Source: the human T2T-CHM13v2.0 reference genome, Homo sapiens. Taken from it: DNA of 64,000 nt. The notes below the pieces were generated by a model. It was not told the DNA's origin. It saw only the letters and a list, made by a program, of their open reading frames with translations, and ran no database searches. A program made the translations under genes and the position numbers. Below, piece by piece: positions 1 to 13,269 of the stretch. The stretch lies in NCBI RefSeq assembly GCF_009914755.1, contig NC_060937.1. One strand, written 5' to 3'. Position 1 is the stretch's first letter. Every line of letters begins with the position of its first letter.

Positions 1-108
1 CTTATACCATCATTGAATCTTGGAAGTAGATAACTTATTTTGGTTTTAGGGTCTCACAAGTGAAACTCTGGGCTTTGGACTTTTAAGTTGGTGCTGGAAG
101 GAGTTAAC
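1..108 (+). mobile_element. MaLR internal region, 3' fragment (MST/MLT1A-int-like)
   Basis: ttggacttttaagttggtgctggaaggagttaa resembles the 3' end of MaLR internal consensus sequences. Confidence 0.55.
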
Positions 109-484
109 TGATTTGTAAAAAAAGAGGTTTAATTGGTTTATAGTTCCGCAGGCTATACAAGCATGGCTCTAGCATCTTCCGTTGAGGGCCTCAGGAAGTT
201 TTAATCGTGGCAGAAGGCAAAGAGGAGCAGGTGTGCCACATGGCAAGAGCAGGCGCAACAGAGCAAGGCTGGGAAGATCCCAGGCTTTTAAACAACCAGA
301 TTTCATGTGAACTGACTGAGGACTAACTCACTTATCACCAAGGGGATGATGCCAAAACATGCATAAGGGATCCTCCTTGTGAATCCCTAGTGAGATCCAT
401 TACCTCCCACTAGGCCCCACCTCCAACATTGAGAATCACATTTCAACATGAGATTTGGAGGAGACAAACATCCACGTTATATCA
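109..484 (-). mobile_element. MST (MSTB-like) MaLR LTR, lacking its 3' end
   Basis: aaagaggtttaattgg...cctcaggaag...cccactaggccccacctccaac...catgagatttggaggagacaaacatcc...tatca, the reverse complement of an MST LTR. Confidence 0.85.
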
Positions 485-768
485 CAGGGGTCAATGGGTT
501 AATGGATTAATGGGTTATCACGGGGGTGGGACTGATGACTTTATAAAAGAGGAAGAGAGGACTGAACTAGCACACTCAGCCCCCTCACGATGGGATGCCC
601 TGATCTTGGGATTCTGAAGAGTCCCCACCAGCAAGAAGGCTCTCAACAGATATGCCCCCTTTACCTTGGACTTCCCAGACTCCAGAAATGTCAAAAATAG
701 GTTTTATTTCTTATAAATTACCCACTTTCAGGTATTCTGTTATAAGCAATAGAAAACAGATTAAGAGA
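485..768 (+). mobile_element. MSTC/MSTD/MLT1A-type LTR, 3' part
   Basis: ttggacttcccagactccagaa...ataaattaccca...caggtattctgttataagcaatagaaaacagattaaga is a typical MaLR LTR 3' end. Confidence 0.8.
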
Positions 769-774
769 GCACTC

Positions 775-1430
775 TCCATTTTCACTCTGACATGGGAGCC
801 ATGATATTGCTTTGTGTCTTCAGTTATCATTGTCCAGGTGGACACAGTGTACAACAGGTTTTTGTACATTTTTGTATGTTTTAGTACTGCAATTTTCCTG
901 GTATATGTTTACCTGAGTAAAAGTTTATAGATCACTTTGTAGAAAGAATAGCAGAATTATTATTGTGTATATTTGCATTGTGTTCCAGTATCTCTCCTCA
1001 GGGCCAGACTTCTCTTTGGTCTATGGGCTTCTGGGCTGAGAACTGGTTCAAATCTGAAACCTCCAGGTGAGGGGGTTCATTGGGAAGGCTGCTACTGCTT
1101 CCTAATCATTCATCCTGGATTTACTGTGGCTGCTACATAAAACAATATCTCTTTTGAGTGACCGTGTCTCTTACCCCTGGGAACTCCATGTTCCATTTAA
1201 TATCTCCATAGTTCTCCATGGGTCAAGCCTTTCTAACTGCCAGTTTTAGAGCTCTACTCATTATGATAATTAGATTCACCTGTTTTCATTTGATTAACCA
1301 CCACCACCTGGTCACTATTAATTCTTTGAATCTTATCTTGTCTATTACTGTTAAGGTAGCCAGTTCTAAAGCAGCATTTCTTCTCATCAGCTTTTGCTTA
1401 CAAAAGATAGCCACCACTGAGCTCCTTAAT
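775..1430 (-). mobile_element. ERV-L-class gag C-terminus and protease remnant
   Basis: Minus-strand translation gives HGVPR, DLNQFSAQKP, DL*TFTQV and LLYTVSTWTMITEDTKQYHGSHVRV; recalled HERV-L motifs are HGVPR, DLSQFTDPEP, DLRPFTRV, LLDTGSELTLIPGDPKRHCGPPVKV. Confidence 0.7.
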
Positions 1431-1444
1431 AATACTGGTTATTC

Positions 1445-2075
1445 TCTCACCAGTGTATTCCTGTGTCTTTACCTGTCTGTTCTACGTAAGATCCAGATGA
1501 GTCAAGGCAGATGACGGGGGTTACCGTAAACACAGTGATTTTCCCTGACTATTCTACTCTGCTGGATGGGGTGACTTCACTGGAGCAAATCAATGCATAT
1601 GATAGGCAGCTATTGATTTTATGAAGGTGTTCTTTTAGATACTCAGCAGGGAGAATCAAAAGCAGTTTGTCTTTCATCAAAAGAAAAGGAATTAAAGGGG
1701 CAGTGGCTTATCACTCTCTAGCTTCAAGATTATTTTAACTATCCTTCTATGACATACAGCAACTTTGATTGTCATGACATTCCACATAGCAACATATAGG
1801 TCCTCTAATTTGATGGCATTTCAAATAGTTCTAGTGAAAAAAAATCTGTTGTTACTCAGATGTCCATTAGATATCCTGGACACTCTATAAAGACACATTC
1901 CAAGCCAGAGAGTGGAAATAAATCCCTGAACACTCTGTAAAGATATATTCAACACGGGGAGTGAAAATAAACCCCATAACTATTCAGAGAAGTTTTAATA
2001 CATTGACTTGTTATGGGTCTGTTGTCTTGAGTATTCAAGGGGATTGCTTCTAAGTAAAATTATGAATGGCCTTAC
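1445..2075 (+). mobile_element. ERV-L-class reverse transcriptase remnant (frameshifted)
   Basis: Degraded motifs in the expected order: PDESRQMT..YRK, SLEQIN, AAID, QKQFVF, EINP; includes a ~50-bp internal tandem duplication at ~1875-1975. Confidence 0.75.
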
Positions 2076-2594
2076 CAACCCAGTTTGTATTAGACAGCTA
2101 CATTACTTTTCAAAAGTTTCATGGTTAGAAAGATTTCCTACTTCTATGCAAAAATGTCAAATTCTTGAAAGCTGCTGCCACTCCCACACAAGAATTAAAA
2201 TATCATACTAGAAAATCACAAGGCAATCATGGTTTTGTTATTCTAATCTTAAAAGACCTCATTCACAAGCTAATATTGAGCCATGTCAGGGAAACTCAAA
2301 CCCTCAAAGATGCCTCAGTGTGAAAGCTGCTTCTTTTTGTCAGAAGATTCCATCAACAAAATTATCAGACTCATACACTTGAAGTTCAAAGGAGTCATTA
2401 GGGATAAACTTCTGTACATGAAGCCCTTCCTGATCAATATAATTTCTTCCGATACTTATGGGATGGGGAATTACAAGCATATAGCTTATCAATTACTACC
2501 ACATATTCTCAGGTAGAAGGAATAGCAGATTTTAAATTGGCTCAAAAGGTCCTAGATGCAAGATCATTTTTATCTGTGTTGCGCTGTATGTAAT

Positions 2595-3266
2595 GAGCCT
2601 TTTTACCCAGGCTACTTTTAAGATTTTCTCTTTATTACTGGTTTTGAGCAATTTGATTTTAATGTATTGTGGTGTAGTTTTCTTCATATTTCCTAACCTT
2701 GGATTTTGTTGAGCTTTTTGGATGTATGAGTCATGAAGTTTTGCTGTCTAGCTGATGGGAATAAGCATTATACCTAGCCCTCTGTGAATGTCTAAAAATA
2801 TTATCTCTAATCCACTAGAGTGGTTCTAATCAGAGCTTCCAGTAGTTTTTTTCACATGTTCTGATCAGTACTTAATAAATAACAAAAGTAGTGCCTCTGA
2901 ATATTTGAGTATCTCTCTGTGCACCTCTCTCCTCTCCAATTACAATGTTCTGTGAATTTTAGCTGCCTTGTCCTATCCAGATTCTCTGCTCCATTTTCTC
3001 TACTAAAGGTGTCCCGTGGGCTTTTCCTGTTATTCCTTCCAGATAACATCCAGGAAATTCTCTCAAGGTAGCATGTTTGGGTGATTATAGACCTCACCTC
3101 ATTGGTTTCCCATGTCTTTAGGATCACTGATCTTCAGGGACTCTGTTACATTTGGTTGTTTCAGGAAGCGAAGTAAATCTGGCTCCAGCTATTCCACCTT
3201 GGCAAGAAGTAGAAGCAGAGTAAATCTGGGTCTGGCTATTCCATCTTGGCAAGAAATAGAAGTATA
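2595..3266 (-). mobile_element. Old L1ME ORF1 and 5'-end fragment
   Basis: ttttgagcaatttgatt...ttgttgagctttttggatgt (ORF1 antisense) and gtaaatctggctccagctattccaccttggcaagaagtagaag (L1ME 5' terminus). Confidence 0.65.
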
Positions 3267-3479
3267 ACAGGATTTCACAGTTGAAATCCTGTTATATTTT
3301 AAGTTCCTGACAATTAACTATATTTTATACCCAAGATTGCTGAAACCTTTGTTAATCTTTTGATTTTTTTTTCAATGCATTCTATGGTTAATTCCAACAA
3401 GCCTGAAATTAGCCTGAGCTCCTTCATTAAAACGTAATTTGTATCTGAATTCCACTGACCCTTGGTAGAGACATAAAAT

Positions 3480-3960
3480 ATGCTGATTAACAGTGTACAT
3501 AGTAACCATGGGTCTTAGAAAATTTGGGGTGATATTTACCAGCTTATCTGTATTGTCTGTAGACTACAGTGAGATTGATCGTTTACATCTGTTCTCAGTG
3601 AGAACACCCCAGGATTCTGCATTGAAGAGCCATTATACAGTAAGAAGATTCCTTCTAAATAAGCCAGGTATTAGAAATTCTGGATGAGTCTCCATTTTGG
3701 GCTCCCTGGTTCTGAGTTGTGCCATGAATATCAATAGTTCTCCATTCTGGAGGGAAAACTCAGTATGGTCCTTACAAGGGGAGAACAACTGGAATTGTAC
3801 CTAGCCTCTTCTTATTGCTTAGTTTGACGCAAACTGTGGCTGCTTTGCATACCCTTAATTTAATGTTGTTGTTTATTGCACTGCTTTTGGCAATAAACTG
3901 GATATTTGTAAGGACTTTCATCATATGTCTTACGACTCTTTTTTAGCATTAATCAGTTGC
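3480..3960 (+). mobile_element. Degraded ERVL-type LTR (LTR40/MER21C/LTR52-like)
   Basis: tgggctccctggt...gggagagaacaactggaa...caataaactg layout resembles these LTRs. Confidence 0.4.
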
Positions 3961-4205
3961 TTTCTGGGAGGCTCACATTGCTGATACTCTGCTTGAGATT
4001 AGGCAAAAGCTTTGAGAGGAAATAATATGCAGTGTTTCAGGGTACCTTTCCGAATATGCTTTCTCCTCTTTAAATCCCAGCCTCCATGGAAATCCTGAAC
4101 CCCTTATTTTGCATCCCCAGCTACTAGAGAGTATTTCAAACTTACTATTTTTTCAGCATCTTGTATATTTTCTTTACCCACGAATCAACAAATGAGCCAA
4201 AATTA

Positions 4206-4232
4206 AACAACAACAACAACAACAACAACAAA
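4206..4232. repeat. (AAC)n microsatellite
   Basis: aacaacaacaacaacaacaacaaca. Confidence 0.9.
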
Positions 4233-4360
4233 ACAGAAGGTAAGTGTGAAGTTCTCATTTGTTTGCTACTTTTTTTTCAGGTATTTTTGACTTTCAACCT
4301 GCCTGTCCCAGTTGTTCCTCAATGACTTAACACTTTCTGCATGTATTTTCAACTTTGTAG

Positions 4361-4365
<5 letters not shown>

Positions 4366-4392
<27 letters not shown>

Positions 4393-4666
4393 GAGACGGA
4401 GTCTAGCTCTGTCGCCAGGCTGGAGTGGCTCAATCTCGGCTCACTGTAACCTCCGCCTCCCGGGTTCAAGCAATTCTCTTGCCTCAGCTTCCCAAGTAGC
4501 TGGGATTACAGGCACACACCACGACGCCCAGAAAATTTTTGTATTTTTAGTAGTGATGTGGTTTTGCCATGTTAGCCAGGATCGTCTCGATCGCCTGACC
4601 TCGTGATCCTCCCTCCTGGGCCTCCCAAAGTGCGGGGATTACAGGCGTGAGCCACTGTGCCCAGCC
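4366..4666 (-). mobile_element. AluS (AluSc-like) with (GTTTT)n tail
   Basis: Dimeric Alu; gtcgccaggctgg and gacctcgtgatc features; TSD aactttgtagttttt (4351) / agctttgcagttttt (4667). Confidence 0.95.
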
Positions 4667-4822
4667 AGCTTTGCAGTTTTTATAGTGTAAATGTTAGTAT
4701 GATATGGTGTATGTTCTAATTACTGATATTGAAATACCTGAGGTACATTTTAACATCTTATATAGTGGACTGAAATTACAAAGCATTCTTACCACTGTAT
4801 TCAAATGTAAGTTTCAATATTT

Positions 4823-4950
4823 ACACTGTCTAATATGGTGGCTGCTAGACAATGTGGGTATGTATATTTAAATTCATTAAAATTAAAGTACAAATTTTAT
4901 TGCTCTGTTGCATTTGCCACATCTGGCTAATGGCTACTTTTTGCATAGTG
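4823..4950. mobile_element. MER3/MER33-like hAT-Charlie MITE fragment
   Basis: cactgtctaatatggtggctgctagacaatgtgg...gccacatctggctaatggctac. Confidence 0.6.
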
Positions 4951-5812
4951 AAAATATAAAAGGTTATTTTGGACAGTTTCAGACAGTTTATACAAGACTT
5001 GCCAGAATAATGGCACCAAACTTTTCTTCCAATTTTGGTAATCACTCTCAAAGCTAACAAATCATTCAGAGGTAAAATACTGGTAGAAAGAGAATCTTAA
5101 GACAAAGAAAGTTATCAGAATGCTGCGAGTACATTATTCCAGACCTACCACCTATAAGCCAAATGAGATGTGCTTAAAATTATTTGCAGAACTTCTACTA
5201 GCTATTTGGGTCCCCTGTTGATAACTAAATAATATAATGTTTTTGTGGCTTTACCACAAATCTGTTTGAGTTCTCTTGAAGCCTGCAGCTTTCCATAAGC
5301 TAGAAACCCAAATCCTAGGATCAGGGGTAGGTTAAAGTAGCATGTAACCTCCAATTAATGAACTACTCTTGTTCGTCTTCTCACATGGTATACATTTATC
5401 TGCTTTTTATATATCTTTTCAATTTATCATTCATAGTAACATATACATTAGAATTTCAGTCCTCCATATTTTAAAATTATTTTTGTTTACTTCATATTTC
5501 ACTGCTTTTGGCCTGGAGCAAAGTTATTTTTCAGAGCACACACCAATAAGGCGATGTTAATCAAGTGTCTTGTTTACTGCGTAGCTTTGCTATTCTTAGC
5601 ATGATGATTTTGAACCACAACACAAAAAACTTCAACTCTTTTGTCTTTCTTTTAAGTATATTCCCAATTACCATAACTACTACAGTTTTCAAGGGTTTAC
5701 CTAATTCTAAAAAGTTTTGATACATATTATTTAAGTTCCTACTGGTTTTTCATATGTTATAGATTCAGCCAGTTTTGAATTTCTGTAATCTCTCTTCATG
5801 CTTAACTTAATA

Positions 5813-5949
5813 TGTTACCAAAACACCAGGAGTTTGGTCTAGGTCCTGCTGCTTGCCGCACAGAAGCCAATGACTGAGACAACGAGTATTGCCAAGGAAG
5901 AAGTGTTTAATTGGGTGTTGCATGAGGGGATTGGAACTCAGTCTCAAAT
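5813..5949 (-). mobile_element. ERV1 MER4-group LTR terminal fragment (MER51/LTR49-like)
   Basis: tgttaccaaaacaccaggagtttggtctaggtcctgctgcttgccgcacagaagccaatgactgagac...tcagtctcaaatc. Confidence 0.6.
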
Positions 5950-5974
5950 CAAGAACCCACCAATTCCAGACACA
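5950..5974 (+). mobile_element. LTR12 (HERV9) 3' terminal ~25 bp
   Basis: caagaacccaccaattccagacaca; recalled LTR12 end is caagaacccaccaattccggacaca. Confidence 0.5.
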
Positions 5975-7371
5975 TTTGGTTGGCAAGAAGTACTTTATTG
6001 AAAAAAAAAGTTTTATGAGTTTGAGTTCTATTATAATAGCAGTTCCCTTATACTTTTAAGTTTTTCAACGTCCATTATTTACATTTAAATACATGTCATT
6101 TATAGTTTAGAAGTATGAATATTTTTAAAACACTAATAATTTGCCTTGTATAATTTAATTGCTTTATAAGGACGGTTTAAAAATTGTTAGATTAAATTTT
6201 TAAATCTGTATGTGTTACCACAGAATAGCTCACGTTGCAAAATGAATCTGATTGACCTGTTGGTAAGCACATTTATTATTGGTTTCTGCACAAAATATTT
6301 GGGTGATTGTAAATAATATGCTTTACATATGCCAAAAATTATCTTGGAAGCCATAATTTCTACCCTCTTTTGACTTTTTTAACTTGTGAAATAAGGAAAA
6401 GTAGATTTATCTTTCATGAATGCCAAAATTGTGCTCAAGAATGTAAGAATTCTGCTTCAGAGGGTGTGTTACTCACAAATGCTGAACTTTTTTTTTTGTC
6501 CACAATTAGTACAGAATTCTTCAAATTAAACATTACTACATAACTCTAAAGGCTGTGGATTGAATAAAGACCAAATTAAATTTCTCTTTTAGGTCAATAC
6601 TGAGTATATGACATCAGTGTATATGTTGTAAAAGGTTCCATGTTATTTTTAAACTCAAAAGATTCCTTTACAATATAATATATGATTTGGGGATCTTAGT
6701 ACTAAGAAATATTTTCAATAACAAATGCTCAGTTCTAGGTCTGTTTCACAAAATTCCTGTAAATTTTATCCACATTATTCACAATATCATTAGTTAGTTA
6801 AAATAACAAAAATTGCATTAGAAGTAAACATTTGTAATACATATTTTCACAGTAACATTGTATTCAAAGTAAAATAATAAAAGAATGAATTGAAAGTAAT
6901 TACACAATTGGGAATAATTAGAATATAAAGAAACCATTATGTGATTGCTAATAATCCCTTCAAATATTAATGAATCTATTTGCATATGTGCCAAGTTAAA
7001 TGTAAAAATTAATTTCACTGACCCATTAATCTTTGCCTTTCATTTGACATTTATTAGTTAAGATTCTCCATGTATGCTGAGAAGTAGAAAAAAGAACTCT
7101 TACTTTTTCCAAACTTGCTAACTGAAGTTTCAGTACTCTACAGCTTATTCTATTTCTAAATAGCTTACACATGAACTGACTGATGCTTAAAAATAAAGTT
7201 ACCCAAATTTACAACATTAAGTTTTTTATTAAAGTGGTAAATGATCAGAAAGATGATTGCAGAATACTACATCTAAACCTAAATGTAAACTCAAAGCTGA
7301 CATTATCTCCCTGTAATATATTCTTAGAATGAAGTTGTGAGATTTTTCAACCTAAACTATGCTTTGTATTT

Positions 7372-8780
7372 ACAAACAGCATGGTACCGGTACCAAAAGA
7401 GATACATACACCAATGGAACAGAACAGAGTCCTCAGAAATAACACCACACATTTACAGCCATCTGATCTTTGACAAACCTGACACAAACAAGTAATAGGG
7501 AAAGGGTTCCCTATTTAATTTAATAACTGGTGCTAGGAAAACTGGCTAGCCATATGCAGAAAACAGAAACTGGACCCCTTCCTTACACCTTATACAAAAA
7601 TCAACTCAAGATGGGTTAAAGACTTAAATGTAAAACTTACAGCCATAAAAGCCCTAGAAGAAAACCTAGGCAATACCATTCAGGACCTAGGAATGGGCAA
7701 AGACATCATGACTAAAACATCAAAAGCAATTGCAACAAAAGCCAAAATTGACAAATGGCATCTAATTAAACTAAAGAACTTCTGCTCATCAAAAGAAACT
7801 ATCATTAGAGTGAACAGGCAACCTACAGAATGGGAGAAAATTTTTGCAATTTATCTATCTGTAAAGGGCTAATATCCAGAATCTACAAAGAACTTGAACA
7901 AATTTACAAGAAAAAAACAACCCCATCAAAAAGTAGGTGAAGGATATGAACAGACACTTTTCAAAAGAAGACATTTATGCAGCCAACAAACATGAATAAA
8001 AGTTCATCATCATTGGTCATTAGAGAAACGCAAACCAAAACCACAATGAGATACCATCTCACACCAGTTAGAATGGCAATCATTTAAAAGTCAGGAAACA
8101 ATAGATGCTGGCAAGAATGTGGAGAAATAGGAATGCTTTTACACTGTTGGTGGAAGTTTAAATTAGTTCAACCATTGTGGAAGACAGTGTGGCAATTCCT
8201 CGAGGATCCAGAATCAGACATACCATTTGACCCAGCAATCCCATTACTGGGTATATACCCAAAGGACGATAATCATTCTACTATAAAGACACATGTACAT
8301 GTATGTTTATTGCAGCACTGTTTACAATAGCAAAGACTTGGATCCAACCCAAAAACCCATCAATGATAGACTGGGTAAAGAAAATGTGGCACATGTACAC
8401 CATGGAATACTATGCAGCAGAATGAGTTCATGTCCTTTGCAGGAACAAGGATAAAGCTAAAGCCATCGTTCTCAGCAAACTAACACGGGAACAGAAAACC
8501 AAACGATGCATGTTCTCACTCATAAGTGGGAGTCGAACTATGAGAATACATGGACACAGGAAGGGGAACATCACACACTGGGGCCTGTCGGGGGTTGGGG
8601 GCAAGAGGAGGGAGAGCATTAGGACAAATACCTAACACATACGGGGCTTAAAACCTAGATGATGGGTTGATAGTTGCAGCAGACCACCATGGCACATGTA
8701 TACCTGTATAACAAACCTGTGCGTTCAGCACATGCATCTCATAACTTAAAGTAAAATAAATAAATAAAGTAAAATAAAAT
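7372..8780 (+). mobile_element. 5'-truncated L1PA (about L1PA8-10): ORF2 3' end, 3'UTR and A-rich tail
   Basis: ORF 8133 (LLHCWW..LVQPLWKTVWQFL..IPFDPAIPLLGIYPK) is L1 ORF2 C-terminus; 3'UTR ggggcttaaaacctagatgatgggttgata. Confidence 0.95.
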
Positions 8781-9229
8781 ATTCTGGATGTGTAAATGAA
8801 CTCTTGACTTGGGGCAAAAATTTTTTTTCATAAATAGGAATGGAAGTTTTCATGTAAGGTGAGTAAAAATGAGTTTAATAAGTTATTTGTAATTTATATT
8901 TGGTTAATGCTAAGATAGCTTTCTTTGCAATGATAATATAAATCATCCATTTTTCTATAAGAGATTAAAAATAGGAAGAGGAGAGTTGAAAGAAAAACTT
9001 CTAATTTCAGATTTAGCTCATAGCGTATACCATACTGTCTGTGGCATTTGTAAAAATCATGGCAAATTCTTATGCAGCATGTTTGTCTTTTTTCTTTCTC
9101 TTATTAATTCCTAAATATTTATTAGCTCCTAAACATTTGCAGGTTATATTTTATATTCCCTACATATTTCATTTGAGGAAGTCTTATTCTTTGATTTTCA
9201 TTCTGTAAAATATTTCACAGAATGTAAGA

Positions 9230-9830
9230 CTAGATGCAGCTATCAATAACACAACAAATAACTATGTACTCAACACCCAGTTGAAGAAATAAAATCATGA
9301 CAACAGAGCTGGCACTTTCTGTGAGTATTACTCTCTAATCACATCCTCCACCTTTGCTACCTACTCCCCAGAGAGTATTATATCCTACATTTTATTTTGG
9401 CAATAACATGAGCATTTCTTTTACTTTTTATATATGTATATCTTCAAGTGTTAGATTTTGGTTACATATTACATTTTTAATTCTTAAATTCTTCTTTTAT
9501 TAGCAGAAGTATATAAATGTTTTTATACCTGTATTCTTACATGCATGTGAGAGAGTTCCTTGTAGACTTAGGAGAAAAATCAATGCCCTATGATGTACAC
9601 AGACCTTCATTAATAGATATTACCAAACTGTTCTTCACACTAGCTGTGACAGTTTACACTTCCTTCAAAAGTACAAAAGAGTTATCATTGTTTTACACCC
9701 TCATTATCACTTAAACTAATGACAGGATGTTAAAAATTTCCTAGCCTGGTAAGTATAAAATGTTATCCCTTTGATTTTAATTTGCATGTATCTAATGGCT
9801 AGTAAATGTAGTGGCTTGTAATAAATTAAT
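9230..9830 (-). mobile_element. Old L1ME/L1MC 3' fragments
   Basis: cacccagttgaagaaataaaa...taccaaactgtt...gtttacactt...gattttaatttgcat antisense L1 motifs. Confidence 0.5.
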
Positions 9831-10054
9831 TACCAAACATTTTTCAATTTTAGTTTTTTGTTGCTATTCTTCATAATGTTTAATTTATGTTATGTTTTAT
9901 TAACCTCATCCCATGAATTTTAAGTAGTATTTAATTAGTATTTTATTGTTCTTCTATTCCAGTTATGTTCTATATTCGTTGTTATTGATTATTTAATCCA
10001 GGTTATTTAAAAATACATGTGATATTTATGTATTTCTTGTGTGTCAGTCTTTTT

Positions 10055-10290
10055 AATAAGAGCTAACAACCACTGGGTGTGCATTCAGTGCTAAGCACCG
10101 TTCCTGCTAGCGGTGTTAAATTTTATATATTGTATTGCAAAATATATAGCCTCTGTAAGATAAATAGTATTCATATATCCATTTTAAAGCCAAAGAAATT
10201 GCATTAGAAAAAAATTAAGCAACATGCCCTGGCTAATGTGTCAATGAATAAGTAATTTGTTCCTAAGAAGTCTGATTTGAAAATGTACCC
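10055..10290 (-). mobile_element. MIR
   Basis: agctaaca...gtgctaagc...ccattttaaag..aagaaatt...ttaagcaacatgccc...agtctga. Confidence 0.55.
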
Positions 10291-10334
10291 TTTATAAAAC
10301 TTTATGGTATATTATGATTCATAACAAATTTATA

Positions 10335-11355
10335 CAATTAGTCATAAAATTTATTCCAGGCAAACTGTATTGTCAAATAAAATATATACATATGGGGCCA
10401 TAATCAAGCCAGAACAAACACAAAAGGCATGAAAAATGTTACAGATTTAAGAGACTCACGTTCTTGGGTGCCTAATGTTAAACACTGCTCAACCTTCAAC
10501 CCACACTTCAAGCAATGGGAAGTTCTTAATAAGGAATTAATCAAGCATAAAGAAAAGCAGATCTTTCCTTACGGAAGGCTGCACGTGATAAGGTGGCAAA
10601 ACCTGGTGCTATAAGACAGGCACACTCAGGGATCACCTTGAAAGACAGTTAAAGTGAGATGTGCACAACCTAACAGCTTGAGATGTAGGCCTTATTTCCA
10701 TTTCCAGGAAATAAAGTGTTTCAAGGTCATAATCAACACAATTTATGATCAATTAGAAATTGAATGTTTGGCTGACCATCACAGCCTGAAGACTGACACT
10801 GGATAACTTTCTCTGTTTATCTCCTGTTGGATATATGAGAGGCATGTGTGTTTTCAACTCAACAATTACCAACTTCTTTTGATCAAATCCAATCTGTGTG
10901 ATACAACCTGAGTACTCAATTAAACTGTAGCAATAAAACATGTTAACACTCAATTATTACACACTTTCAAGGAAACCTAGCCTTTTCCATGTGACAAAAA
11001 TCATTGTGGATTTGGATTTGCTTTTGCTGTCCTTCCTCTGTCAGACTTCAACAATATGTTATGGCCTTACTCATTGGTGCCTGCATAAAATTGCCTCAGA
11101 CAAATCATGAATTCTTCACCTAGAAGGCTCTAGCCATATAAAACATAAGAATCACCTACTGCCAAATAATAGGGATTGCCACCTGAAAATCTCGATGTTG
11201 GTCTGCTCATCTATTAGATGGGCTCTCTCAAACCAGTATACATGGTCAAAAGAAGAAAAAGGTTTAATAGGAATATATAAATAAATTATATAATTTATTT
11301 CAAATTTTTACCTCTTCCTACAAATTTGAGTTCTGCTATTTTAGAGATTTTAGCC
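10335..11355 (+). mobile_element. ERV-L-class pol remnant (connection, RNase H, integrase)
   Basis: SHKI..IVK*, WEVLNKELI (cf. WGVPYDQL), SGITLKDS (cf. SGTSLKDS), GFGFAF, IASD, FLPLPTNLSSAILEILA (cf. FLLPVPATLCSAGLEVLV), in the expected order. Confidence 0.7.
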
Positions 11356-11357
11356 CT

Positions 11358-12045
<688 letters not shown>

Positions 12046-12539
12046 ACACAAAGATGTAATAAACATTAACTTGGATAATATAATTGTGATTGTCATCTTG
12101 CCATATTTAGCTTATTCCATTTGTAAAAAGTCATAAATGAGGTTAGAGGATAATTAACATTTACGATAAAATATAAATAAAGAACTGCTTTAATAAATGA
12201 GGATGGAGAAGGGTGAGCAATTTCTGGAAGCTATCATATCCAGATATGATTAATGGAGACTCTTAAACCCACTAAAAAGAGAGATTCAAAGACTGAGATG
12301 CCATCAGAGTGTAAATGTTAGGGTCACTTATCTTGTCAAAAAGCCTTGACCAGCTAAAATAGTAGTTGAAGTAGATAGGAGCATAGACATAATTTTGGGG
12401 ATTGAAGTCATATATATGGTCTATGACTTGAAAAAAAATCCCTCTACATAAACACACACACACATAGACACACACATACATGTTTGCATAAATATTAGCA
12501 TTCTTCTACACATGGGTATATGATGCCTAATTTTTCAAA

Positions 12540-12660
12540 AAAATGTTTTTAGTATCTTTACTATGTAACAGACTGTGTGAAACAACAAAACTAGAGTGGG
12601 GGAAAAGACAAATATGGTCCTTATTCTCATTGTGCTTACAGTTCAAGGGAGAAAAGAGAA
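12540..12660 (-). mobile_element. L2 3' fragment
   Basis: tactatgt...aagacaaatatggtccttattctcattgtgcttacagttc. Confidence 0.5.
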
Positions 12661-12964
12661 CTTTGGTGGTATCTCAGCTTATTTGTTTAATAACCATGAG
12701 CTCCAATTATGTCTTGAGTAATTAAATCCTAGGCATGAAAACTAAACTTTAGGACAATGAATCTAATGTCACCTTTTCTTGGTTAGTACTTACAGGATGG
12801 GTAAACATTTTCAGGGACCCATGGAATGTCATGATCTTTAAGGGATGCTTGCTGTATGCATTTATAATTTCTTTTTACATTCACTGTTTTCCAAACTGTT
12901 TCTTCCTTTGAATTTTCTTTGTCATCCACTCTGTAATAGGTCCTCATTTTGTTAACCTTAGGCA

Positions 12965-13185
12965 GTTTTAAATCAAACTGCCTGGAGATCAAGTCTACTC
13001 TCACTAACTGTGTGATTTTAGTCAAATTACTTACTTTACGTGATCTCTTATCTGTAAAATGAGAATAGTACTATACTGTAATTACTAACAATACTCTCCT
13101 AAAAATTAAAGTGGGTAATGTATGGATGTACAAAAACAATACTTGTCACTTAGTAATTCAACATTACCTTTTTTTATTATTAGCT
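12965..13185 (+). mobile_element. MIR
   Basis: ctaactgtgtgattttagtcaaattactta...atctgtaaaatgagaatagta MIR core. Confidence 0.65.
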
Positions 13186-13269
13186 ATCACTTAAATTTTG
13201 TAATACCTTTTGAAATACCAACACCTATCATCCATCACGGATTTTTTTTATTTTCTAGAACATGTTGAC

